Source of the DNA: Deltaproteobacteria bacterium
GTDB taxonomy: Bacteria; Myxococcota_A; UBA9160; SMWR01
Assembly: GCA_032128115.1 (NCBI GenBank)
Contig: JAQBHB010000014.1
Span: 1 to 64,000 of the forward strand
Direction of reading: 5' to 3'
Length of the DNA stretch: 64,000 nucleotides
The first letter of the stretch is position 1. Every line of letters starts with the position of its first letter. Both the position numbers and the translations under genes were made by a program. Shown here piece by piece: positions 27,580 to 37,163 of this stretch. The notes under the pieces were generated by a model that was given only the letters and a program-made list of their open reading frames with translations, was not told the DNA's origin and searched no databases.

Positions 27580-28563
27580 ATGAGTGACGTCAGCGCGCGC
27601 CGTTCCGATGCGGAGTCCAACCCGTCCGCTGCCATCGATCGACCGTCGGGGCGTCGGCGCAGCGACCGCATCGTCGGTTCCGCACGCGCCACCCAGGATG
27701 TCGTTGCCCAGGCGATGGCCGCGGCCGCGGCGTCGTTGCCGGTTCGCTTGATCGGACCCGCGGGTAGCGGAAAACAACACATAGCCCGCGCCATCCACAC
27801 CTGGAGTGGTCGCGCCGGCGGCCCGTTCGTGGTGGTGTCTTGCCTGACCGTGAATGAAGGCCTGCTCGGCCGTGAGTTGTTCGGCTGCTCCGCGTCGGCC
27901 TATCCGGAGCTTCCCGACGAGCACCCCGGAGCCCTCGCCGGCGCCGCTGGCGGGACCCTGCTGCTCGACGGAATCGATCGCCTGCCCGAGGCCCAGCGCC
28001 AGGCCCTGGCCAAATGCTTGGCTGAGGGGCGATTTCAGCGCCAGGGCGACGGTGCCAGCGTAGCCCTGCGGGCACGGGTGATGAGTTCGGCTCCGTCAGC
28101 GACAGACGCCTCCCCCTTCGGGGAGCTACCCCACATCACGATCCGCCTGTGGCCGCTGAACGAGCGGGCAGAGGACATTCTCCCCCTGGCGGCCCATTTC
28201 CTGCGTCTATACGCCGACGAGGCCGGCGTGACGCCCATCGGATTCACGGCCGATGCCCGCGAAGCGCTGATGGCCGAGAGCTGGCCGGCCAATGCCCGCG
28301 AGCTGGGCGAGCGGATCCGCCAGGCGCTGAAGCTGGCGGGATCCGGAGCCATCACGGCCGAGGCCCTGCTGCTGGCGTCCGATGGCGACGACGTCCCCTC
28401 GTTCAAGGAAGCCAAGCGCGCGTTCGAGACCCGCTACGTGGTGGGGCTCCTGCGACGCTGCGGCGGCAACATCAGTCGCGCAGCGCGTCTGGCCAAGAAG
28501 GACCGCAAGGACTTCTACGACGTGATCCGACGCACCGGCGTGGATCCGTCCGATTACCGCTGA
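27580..28563 (+). CDS. Sigma54-activator-like AAA+ / Fis-HTH regulator (degenerate)
   Basis: GPAGSGKQ, RELFG, AAGGTLLLDGI, WPANAREL, GGNISRAARLA; no GAFTGA. Confidence 0.8.
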   Translation: MSDVSARRSDAESNPSAAIDRPSGRRRSDRIVGSARATQDVVAQAMAAAAASLPVRLIGPAGSGKQHIARAIHTWSGRAGGPFVVVSCLTVNEGLLGRELFGCSASAYPELPDEHPGALAGAAGGTLLLDGIDRLPEAQRQALAKCLAEGRFQRQGDGASVALRARVMSSAPSATDASPFGELPHITIRLWPLNERAEDILPLAAHFLRLYADEAGVTPIGFTADAREALMAESWPANARELGERIRQALKLAGSGAITAEALLLASDGDDVPSFKEAKRAFETRYVVGLLRRCGGNISRAARLAKKDRKDFYDVIRRTGVDPSDYR

Positions 28564-28582
28564 GCCGCTTCGAGTCGGTCCC

Positions 28583-29416
28583 ATGCGCGTCGGCGTGGTC
28601 CAGATGACCTCCACCGACGACCTGACGGCGAACCTCGCAAACGCGCGAACGTTGCTGGCCGACGCCGTCGACCAGGGCGCGGAGTTCGTGGCGCTCCCCG
28701 AGAATTTCGCCTTCCTTCGCCGCGAGGGAACCGCCTTCCCGTGTGCCCAGGGACTCGAGGGCGAGATCGTGGGCGCCGTGCGTCAGATGGCGCGTGAGCA
28801 CCGGGTGTGGCTGCTCGGGGGAACCTTTCCCGAAGCGGTGGAAGGCGCGTCGCGTATCCACAACACCAGCGTCGTGGTCTCGCCGGATGGGGAGATCCAG
28901 GGCGTCTATCGCAAGATCCACCTGTTCGACGTGGACCTGAGCGCCAGCGGCGGCGGCGTATTCACCGAGTCGGCGGTCTTCTCTCCGGGCAGAGAGGTGG
29001 TGGTAACCGAAACGCCCTTCGGATCGCTGGGCCTCTCGGTCTGCTACGACCTGCGATTCCCCGAGCTCTACCGACAGATGGCCGACCGGGGCGCCCGCTG
29101 GATCGCCGTGCCCAGCGCCTTCGCCCGGGAGACCGGCAAGGACCACTGGGAGGTGCTGCTGCGGGCCCGGGCCATCGAGAACCAGGCCTTCGTATTGGCC
29201 CCCGCCCAGTGCGGTCGCCACAGCGAGGATCGGGCCAGCTACGGCCGCTCGATGATCGTGGACCCCTGGGGCCTGATCCTGGCGCAGGCGGCCGATCGGC
29301 CCTGCGCCGTGGTGGCAGACTGCGATCTGGCCGACCTGGAGCGGATCCGGGAGGGGTTGCCGGCCCTGCGCCACCGCCGGCTTTCGAGTCAAGGGCCGGT
29401 TCCGGGGGGCCGATGA
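28583..29416 (+). CDS. Carbon-nitrogen hydrolase (Nit1 / deaminated glutathione amidase-like)
   Basis: LPENF, YRKIHLFD, SVCYDLRFPE, RARAIEN. Confidence 0.9.
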   Translation: MRVGVVQMTSTDDLTANLANARTLLADAVDQGAEFVALPENFAFLRREGTAFPCAQGLEGEIVGAVRQMAREHRVWLLGGTFPEAVEGASRIHNTSVVVSPDGEIQGVYRKIHLFDVDLSASGGGVFTESAVFSPGREVVVTETPFGSLGLSVCYDLRFPELYRQMADRGARWIAVPSAFARETGKDHWEVLLRARAIENQAFVLAPAQCGRHSEDRASYGRSMIVDPWGLILAQAADRPCAVVADCDLADLERIREGLPALRHRRLSSQGPVPGGR

Positions 29417-29459
29417 TCCGAGGGTCGCCCATCCCGCGGGGAGGGCGGAGGAGGCCAGC

Positions 29460-29783
29460 ATGTCCAGCGCCAATCCCGGGGAGACCCGCGGAGTTCTCGT
29501 GATCTCCAACGGCGAGTTCGAAGGCATGCGCTACGAGCTCAAATCCGACGAGACGATCATCGGGCGCAACCCCACCACGGACGTCACACTCCTGGACGAG
29601 AGCATCAGTCGCGAGCACGCCATCATCCTGTACGACGCGGGCAGCGACGGCTTCAGCATCGAAGATCTGCAGTCGACCAACAGCACCAAGGTCAACGGCA
29701 AGCGCATCCGCGCCACGCCGCTCGCCCACGGCGACGAGATCCAGATCGGCCACACCCGATTCCAGTTCCTGAAGGAAGCGTAG
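29460..29783 (+). CDS. FHA domain protein
   Basis: IGR, SISREHA, DLQSTNST, GDEIQIG. Confidence 0.9.
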   Translation: MSSANPGETRGVLVISNGEFEGMRYELKSDETIIGRNPTTDVTLLDESISREHAIILYDAGSDGFSIEDLQSTNSTKVNGKRIRATPLAHGDEIQIGHTRFQFLKEA

Positions 29784-29794
29784 GCCCGTCGGCC

Positions 29795-30790
<996 letters not shown>

Positions 30791-30830
30791 CTGCGGACGA
30801 TTGTGGCCCCGCCGGCCCCGATCCGCAAAG

Positions 30831-31511
30831 TCACGGGGTTTCGCGGCCGTTGCCGGCCCGCGGGCCCCGGGAGCGCTTGCGGCGCTCGTAGTAGCGCTGG
30901 GTGACCTCCACGACCTCTTCCAGGTCGTCGGTCACCTTGAACAACTGCATGTCGCGGCGCGAGATCATCTTGTCGCGAAGCGCACGCTCCTCGAGCCAAC
31001 TCACCAGGCCCTTCCAGTAGTCGCTGCCGTACAGGATCACGGGGAAGTCGTGGATCTTGCCGGTCTGCTTGAGGGTCAGGGCCTCGAAGATCTCGTCCAG
31101 GGTCCCGAAACCGCCCGGAAGAGCCACGAAGGCGCACGCGTACTTCACGAACATCACCTTGCGCACGAAGAAGTAGTTGAAGTGGATCACCGTGTCGGCG
31201 TAATCGTTGGGAGCCTGCTCGTTGGGCAGCTTGATGTTGAGCCCGATCGAGGAGCCGGGACCCTTTTGCGCGCCACGGTTGGCGGCCTCCATGATGCCCG
31301 GTCCGCCGCCAGTGATGATCGAGAACCCGGCGTTCGAGAGGGCCTCGGCGATTCGGACCCCGGCCCGGTAATAGGCGGAGGACTTCCGCGAGCGCGCGCT
31401 GCCGAAGATCGAAACCGAGGGCCAGACGGGCCGCAGGGTTTCGAACCCCTCCACGAACTCGCCCATGATCTTGAAGACGGACCAGGTGTCTTTGGAAGTG
31501 CGATCCGGCAC
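30831..31511 (-). CDS. LOG-family (TIGR00730) Rossmann-fold protein
   Basis: [39 protein letters not shown]; start estimated. Confidence 0.9.
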   Translation of the reverse strand: MPDRTSKDTWSVFKIMGEFVEGFETLRPVWPSVSIFGSARSRKSSAYYRAGVRIAEALSNAGFSIITGGGPGIMEAANRGAQKGPGSSIGLNIKLPNEQAPNDYADTVIHFNYFFVRKVMFVKYACAFVALPGGFGTLDEIFEALTLKQTGKIHDFPVILYGSDYWKGLVSWLEERALRDKMISRRDMQLFKVTDDLEEVVEVTQRYYERRKRSRGPRAGNGRETP

Positions 31512-31558
31512 CTGGAACCTATCGGAGCGGCAGACGGGAGACTGAAATCCGCATCGGG

Positions 31559-31846
31559 TCAGGCCTTTTTGAACAGCCCGTCGACCTTGGAACGGGCCTC
31601 GTTCTGCTCGTCGGCCACCCCCCCGCCCTGCTGGCCCCCCGGCGTGAAATAGTCGCAGCGGTTGGCGCGGTCGCGTTGGGAGACGCGCTCGGCGTTGGAC
31701 TCCCGGCACTCGTTGTAGGCGGAGGGGTCGTGGTGAGCGCAGTTGCGACAGACGTGGAGATCGGCGCCGCACCCGCACTCGTCTCGGAAGCCGACCCGAT
31801 TACCGGGCGCGATCTCCAGGCTCGCATCGCACGCAAAGCAGCGCAC
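31559..31846 (-). CDS. Small cysteine-rich (probable zinc-binding) hypothetical protein
   Basis: CFAC, CGCGADLHVCRNC, C...ANRCDYF. Confidence 0.65.
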   Translation of the reverse strand: MRCFACDASLEIAPGNRVGFRDECGCGADLHVCRNCAHHDPSAYNECRESNAERVSQRDRANRCDYFTPGGQQGGGVADEQNEARSKVDGLFKKA

Positions 31847-31970
31847 GCCGCGAGGCTGCGACACGCCCGGGCGGAATGCAAACGGCACCCGGCCGACAGC
31901 CGGTTGGAAAGGGCCTGCCCCCAGGGGAAACCCGTTCAGTTGGGCGTCTATCGATCCGATACGCGCGGCG

Positions 31971-32303
31971 ATGGTCGCCGATCTCGAGGAACGCCCGCTC
32001 TACTCCACCCGCGCCGAGGATCCCAAGGCCGAGGAGGCCATCGATGCCTTCGTGGTGGGCCTGGCCGAGCGGATCGACGCCCTCCAGGACGCCGAGTGCG
32101 CCGGGCGGTTGGACAGAATGGCCGCACCCGCGGCCGCCCTGAAGGCCGATGCGGACGCCAACGGGTTCGACTCCCTGGCGCGCCGAGCCGCGGCGGTGGA
32201 GGCCAGCTGCCGGGAAGGCGACGTGCCGGGCGCGCGCAAGCACCTGATCGACCTCACCGCCATCGCCAAGCGCGTCCGCATGGGCCACCGCGGCGCCTTC
32301 TAG
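31971..32303 (+). CDS. HPt-like protein lacking the phospho-acceptor histidine
   Basis: HPt-like helical pattern with AAALKADADANGF where HxLKGxxxxxGF is expected. Confidence 0.55.
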   Translation: MVADLEERPLYSTRAEDPKAEEAIDAFVVGLAERIDALQDAECAGRLDRMAAPAAALKADADANGFDSLARRAAAVEASCREGDVPGARKHLIDLTAIAKRVRMGHRGAF

Positions 32304-33085
32304 ATGAAGAACCACAGGGAGATCGTCTCTCCCAGGGCGTCGCGAAGACGGCCGTCGAAGGCCACCACGAACGCGAAGATCGCCAGATTGGTGGCGGCGT
32401 GCAGCACGATCACCGCCACCAGGTGCTTGCGGTAGTAGAACCAGAGCTGGCTCCCCAGGGCCCATACCCACATCACGGGCCACTCCCAGGGCATGTGGCT
32501 CAGGACGAAGAACACCATCACCACCGCGAAGCTCGACCCCGTGAAGTGGGCGATCGGGATCTTGCGGAAGTCGCGGCGGCGCCCCCAGATTGCGCCAAGC
32601 CTCGGCCTGCCCGACTCCGGGTCCCGGATTCGCAGCGACGTGGGAAGCGCCACCTCCGCATAGCGGAGCAGCCAGCTTCGCATGAAGATCTCTTCGACGA
32701 TGGGCGTCACCACGCCGTAGCCGATCCCGCGCAGCGTCAGCGCAAGCCCCACGGCCGAGGTGCCCAGCAGCTCCGGATCGAAGGCGCCCGAATCCTCCGG
32801 CCGGATCGAATCGACCAGCACGAAGGGCGCCATCCAGATCGCCGCGCCCGCGATTCCCACCGCGATGTCCGCCAGCATCCAGGCATCGATCCGGTAGCCC
32901 CGAAGCTCCCGATATTCACCGCGCAGTGCGAAGAACGCGAACAGGGACCCGGGCACCAGCACCTGGAGGCAGAAGAAGGCGCCGGTGGCCGCTTCCGGCG
33001 CGCGCGCCTTGGCCTCGACGATCAGGAGGAACGAGACCAGCGGCAGCAGGTAGGCCGCGAATCCAGAGCCGCGCCGCGCCGCCAT
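32300..33085 (-). CDS. CPBP/CAAX-type intramembrane protease (PEP-CTERM-associated type)
   Basis: TPIVEEIFMRSWLLRY, FVLSH, LHAATN; several TM helices. Confidence 0.85.
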   Translation of the reverse strand: MAARRGSGFAAYLLPLVSFLLIVEAKARAPEAATGAFFCLQVLVPGSLFAFFALRGEYRELRGYRIDAWMLADIAVGIAGAAIWMAPFVLVDSIRPEDSGAFDPELLGTSAVGLALTLRGIGYGVVTPIVEEIFMRSWLLRYAEVALPTSLRIRDPESGRPRLGAIWGRRRDFRKIPIAHFTGSSFAVVMVFFVLSHMPWEWPVMWVWALGSQLWFYYRKHLVAVIVLHAATNLAIFAFVVAFDGRLRDALGETISLWFFI

Positions 33086-35001
33086 CAGAGCGGGCCTTCC
33101 GGCGCGGCTGCCGTCCCGGCGGCCTTGCGGGAGACCTCGTCGAGGAAAGCGGCGACCGAGTCGTCCGGGGCGAGCGCATTCAGGTTGCGCAGGGTAACCA
33201 GGGCCTCCTTCCAGCGTCCGGCATGGTAATACACGACGCTCAGATTCCGTTGCACCACGACCGTGTTCGGAGCTTCCAGAGCAGCACGCAGCAACAGGGT
33301 CTCCGCCCGCGCCGGGTAGTTCATGCGCAGCAGGAAGCTCCCCACCAGGCCGTTGTGGTTGACAGGCGCCGCGCCGGGTCCGAGCCAGCGGGCCAGCCGC
33401 GCCCAGGGGCCCGGATCCACATGGATTGCCTCGAGGCTGCGTGCGCGGGTGGCGTCGTCCACCGGGTCGGGCAACACAACGGGCGACAGCTGGCCGTTGG
33501 GCCCGTCGCGGCGCACGAACACGAGCGCTGTGCCGTCGAGATACACCGGCTTCCAGGCCGGGTCCGCCCAGAGCTTGCGCACCAGCGGCAGGCCGTCGTC
33601 CCGGTGCCCGAAGATCGCGTACTCGAACCCGAAGCGGCGCTGGGCGCGATCCCAGAAATCTGGATGGCTGGCCGCCAGATACAGGCGCATCAGCTCCTCG
33701 CCGCCCACGTCACCGCGCGAGTCGATGAACACCTTGTGGGCCGGGTCGCGCCACAGCAGCGTGCCTCCCAGATTGAAGCTGTTGAAACCGTTGCCCTTCA
33801 GGTCGTGGTCGGCGAGCCAGTCGGCGGCATCGAGGCCGAAGCTGACGCGGTCGATCTCCGACGCGAAGCGCGTGGGGCGGCTGCCAGAGTCGTAGTAGCT
33901 GCCCGTCACGACCCGAAGGGTCGTGATCGCTGCCACCGCCAGCACGCCGGCGAGCACGATCTGTCCGGCCCGTTTGAAGGCCCGGTCTCCCGGGAAGCGT
34001 CCACGCAGGGCGCCCACCGCGTCATCGACAGCGACACACAGAGACGGCAGCGTGGTCACGCCGAACAGCACCACGTTGCGGATCGAGAGCAGAGCGAGTC
34101 CCCCGAAAACCAGCACCAGCGCCGCATCGACCCAACGCCGGCGCCACACATGGATCGCAAACGATGCGGCGCCCACCGCCAGCAGGATCCAGATGGCGTG
34201 CAGGTAGAGACTCAGACGCGCGTCGGCGCTGAAGCCCAGCGGCGACTTGAGCTCCCGGATCCACTGGCCGTAGACGTTTCCCCCGCCCATCCGCACGGCC
34301 AACAGGAACGGCTCGAGAATCGCCCGGTAGCCGTAGGGATTGACGAAGAGCACGGCGACGCAGACAGCCGCCGCAGCCGCCAGGGGCGTGCGCAAGCTGC
34401 GTCGCCGCACCACCTCGTCGAGGGTGTAGATGGCGAGGATCGCCCACCCGAATACGTAGAGGTGGGTGTTGATCCAGATCAGCTGCGCCACCGGCAGGAG
34501 CCACAGCGGCGCCTTGCGTCCCTGACGCCGGCGCTCGAGCACCCATAGGGTCGTCGCGGACAGCAGGTCGCTCACCAGCTCGGGGCGGATCGCGAAGCGC
34601 ACCTCGCACATGAACAGGGTGGCAAGCCCCAGCGCGGACGCGGTGAGCGCTGTGCAGTGCCGGATGCGCAACACGTCCACCAGCAACAATCCGGTGGCCA
34701 TGAGCAGGAGCCAGCGCACTGCGGTGAGACCGTGGGCGCCCAGCGAGCGGTAGAGCTCGAAAACACCCACGTCGAAGAGCCAGGCATAGGCCAGGAACGG
34801 GCGGTGGCTCACCGTGTAGGTGAAGGGATCGGTCTCGGGTACCGCGCCGTGGGCCACGACCCAGCGCCCCGTGGCCACGTGCGTCCCGAAGTCGAAATCG
34901 AAGATGCTGCGCCAGGCCAGCGCCGCCAGCAGCAACAGCAGGATTCCCGCGGCGAGCCGCCGGCCCGCGGAGGCCGTCAACACCGCGCGACTGCCCGACA
35001 C
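33085..35001 (-). CDS. Multi-pass membrane protein with C-terminal TPR (GT-C-like)
   Basis: DFGTHVATGRW...TDPFTYT, RPEL, WINTH, NPYG, IREL, SIRN, FIDSR; many TM helices; TPR-like tail. Confidence 0.7.
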   Translation of the reverse strand: MSGSRAVLTASAGRRLAAGILLLLLAALAWRSIFDFDFGTHVATGRWVVAHGAVPETDPFTYTVSHRPFLAYAWLFDVGVFELYRSLGAHGLTAVRWLLLMATGLLLVDVLRIRHCTALTASALGLATLFMCEVRFAIRPELVSDLLSATTLWVLERRRQGRKAPLWLLPVAQLIWINTHLYVFGWAILAIYTLDEVVRRRSLRTPLAAAAAVCVAVLFVNPYGYRAILEPFLLAVRMGGGNVYGQWIRELKSPLGFSADARLSLYLHAIWILLAVGAASFAIHVWRRRWVDAALVLVFGGLALLSIRNVVLFGVTTLPSLCVAVDDAVGALRGRFPGDRAFKRAGQIVLAGVLAVAAITTLRVVTGSYYDSGSRPTRFASEIDRVSFGLDAADWLADHDLKGNGFNSFNLGGTLLWRDPAHKVFIDSRGDVGGEELMRLYLAASHPDFWDRAQRRFGFEYAIFGHRDDGLPLVRKLWADPAWKPVYLDGTALVFVRRDGPNGQLSPVVLPDPVDDATRARSLEAIHVDPGPWARLARWLGPGAAPVNHNGLVGSFLLRMNYPARAETLLLRAALEAPNTVVVQRNLSVVYYHAGRWKEALVTLRNLNALAPDDSVAAFLDEVSRKAAGTAAAPEGPL

Positions 35002-35026
35002 GCACGCAGCGCCGAGATCATCTTCG

Positions 35027-35572
35027 CTAGCTGGAATCCGACTCCAGGGCGCTCACGATCCGATCGATCGCGGCATCGGCGATCTCGCGCATCTCGTCGT
35101 CTGTGCGGTCCTGGATGGGATGCGAGACGAATACCGCGGCGGGGTCCGCGCCCAGGGCCCGCGCCTGATGAGCGCCAGCGTCTTCGAACTCGACGGTCGC
35201 CACGTAGACACTGGGCAGGCCACGGGCCTCCAGGTCCACCATGTCGTGCACACTGCACGACGTACAGCTGCCTCAGTCGGCCAGGGCTTCGACCACGGCA
35301 TCGCACTTCGTCGCGATCTCGTGGCGCAGATCGACCGGGGCGGGCTTGGCGAACGTGGGCTTGCGGAAGCGCACGACCACGGCGCCCCGTTCCCGCAGGC
35401 GCTCCTCGAGTCGATCGAGGAACAGGTCACCGCGCGGCTTCGAAATATCCAGAAGACCCAGCGTGCTGCCCCGCAACGAGCGCAGGCGCGGCGCGCGCGC
35501 TCGGGTGGGGGAACTCCGTTCCCCAGTGGGGTCCAGCAGGACGATGGGAGCCTGTTCGGCAGCGGAACTCAC
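35027..35572 (-). CDS. UGSC-family selenoprotein (in-frame TGA read as Sec at 35273-35275)
   Basis: Track ORFs 35273-35875 and 35027-35251 share a frame; read-through gives ALAD-U-GSCTSCSVHD; SECIS-like hairpin follows. Confidence 0.85.
35243..35261 (-). promoter_or_regulatory. Candidate bacterial SECIS hairpin
   Basis: GTCGTGCA-GTG-TGCACGAC, perfect 8-bp stem beginning 11 nt after the TGA. Confidence 0.65.
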
Positions 35573-37017
35573 GGATGAACCTCCCGGACGACGACCTGGC
35601 TGCCCGCCGCGCCCGTCAACCACCCCCCGATCATGACGGAGAAGAGGCCGGCTCCGCCACCGCAGTAAGCCAGCATGATGCCCCCGGGCCGGAATTTTGG
35701 AATCGTGGCGTTCCGGACGCCCTCCGGAAGACCCTCGGCGATGCCGCCGGCACCGCGCACGAGTTCCCCACCGGGGATCATCAGCAGTTCGTGAAGGCGC
35801 TTCAGCAGGTCCGCCTTCGACCATCCGGCCTCGCGGAATACCCGAGCGTGCTCGGGACCCACCAGCAGCAGGCAATCGAACGCCAACGCGAGCTTCGGGT
35901 GGTGAAGACTGCGAAGGTTCACGGCGAACGTCCGGGCCAGCGACTCGGGCTCCCGAGAGATCTGGTCGACGATGTTGCGGGTGCCTTCACCCGCGAACAG
36001 CGTCACGGTGCTGGCCCCCTCCCGGGCGCCGAGATCGCGGGCGAGCGGCGTCCAGGGAGAAGCCTCCTCGTCCTCTGCAAAACAGAAGCCGAGCTTGCCG
36101 GGACTGCCGAACGTGGCTCGATCCACCTGGCCCGGGCGCCCGCCACCCACGTTCCGGATCACCAGCTGGAGCGCGCGGCCGATCGTGCTGTTGGCCCGAT
36201 TGCCCTGCCCCAGCACGTTGATTCCGGTGTTCATGCCGATGGCACGCCGGATCGGTCCGTTCACCACGACGATGGGGCCCACGCCCATGGTAGTGGCGAG
36301 CACGCCGTGGATGTTGAACTCGTCGCTGCAGGCCGCCTCCACCGCCGCGATCACCACCGGCAGGTGCTCGGGGCGGCAGCCCGCCATTACCGCGTTGATC
36401 GCGACCTTCTCGACCGTGCCCTCGACGAGATCCGGCGGCACGACGGCGACCACTTCGTCCGGCGCTCGCGAGGTTCCCTCGAGCATCGCCAGCGTGCGGG
36501 ACAGCGTGGGCGGCACGACGGGCAAGCCGTCGGACCATCCCCGCGCGTACACGGCCTCGATCGGATCCTCGAACGGGCTGATCTCCACCTGCCGCGAGCG
36601 GAGCTTCGTTCCGGAGAAGCGTGCGCGCAGATCCGACGCGAGATTCGGGTCGACGGAAAGCGAGCCACAGCCAGGCCGTTGTTCGGGCAGATCGGGCCCG
36701 AGCCCCGCGACACCCGTCAATGCCTCCCATTCGCCGCGATGCCAGCCCAGTGCCCGGGCGCTCTCGCGCCCGTTTTCCACGCACACCAGGGTCGGCACCG
36801 CCTCGATCTCGTGGTGCCACGACACCTCGAGACCGGTGTCGTCCACGGGATCGAGTCCTACCGGAAACCCGACGTCATCCTGGGTGTAACAAATGAGTGC
36901 GACCCGGGAGCGAAGCTGTCTCAGCACGGGAACCACGAGCTCGCACGTGGGGCAGTCGCGCTTCACGAACGCCACGATTCCGGAAGGTAGCTCGGGTCGG
37001 GCCGACGGCTGGCTCAC
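35569..37017 (-). CDS. Thioredoxin-like (CPTC) domain fused to the conserved domain that accompanies UGSC proteins
   Basis: FVKRDCPTC, IEAVPTL; GWSDGLPVVPPT, KVAINAVMAGC, GNRANSTIGRA, CFAEDEE; GTGA-coupled to the UGSC gene. Confidence 0.8.
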   Translation of the reverse strand: MSQPSARPELPSGIVAFVKRDCPTCELVVPVLRQLRSRVALICYTQDDVGFPVGLDPVDDTGLEVSWHHEIEAVPTLVCVENGRESARALGWHRGEWEALTGVAGLGPDLPEQRPGCGSLSVDPNLASDLRARFSGTKLRSRQVEISPFEDPIEAVYARGWSDGLPVVPPTLSRTLAMLEGTSRAPDEVVAVVPPDLVEGTVEKVAINAVMAGCRPEHLPVVIAAVEAACSDEFNIHGVLATTMGVGPIVVVNGPIRRAIGMNTGINVLGQGNRANSTIGRALQLVIRNVGGGRPGQVDRATFGSPGKLGFCFAEDEEASPWTPLARDLGAREGASTVTLFAGEGTRNIVDQISREPESLARTFAVNLRSLHHPKLALAFDCLLLVGPEHARVFREAGWSKADLLKRLHELLMIPGGELVRGAGGIAEGLPEGVRNATIPKFRPGGIMLAYCGGGAGLFSVMIGGWLTGAAGSQVVVREVHP

Positions 37018-37163
37018 ACGCGGATCCTACACCAGGCCCATCTCTCGGCTGCACCGAAAGGGCCCGCGGCGCCCTGGCTTCCGGCCCCATCGGCAGCGAG
37101 CGGCTGACGAGCCCACAGGACGGCCTTCGTCCCGACGCTCACGGTTCCGGAAACACGAGGCCT

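Noticed and set aside
35027..35875. Reading the two UGSC ORFs as separate genes or a nonsense pseudogene
   Set aside because: The TGA falls in a UxxC redox motif, both halves are in frame and a SECIS-like hairpin follows.
34657..36990. 777-aa + strand ORF
   Set aside because: Antisense shadow of the selenoprotein operon.
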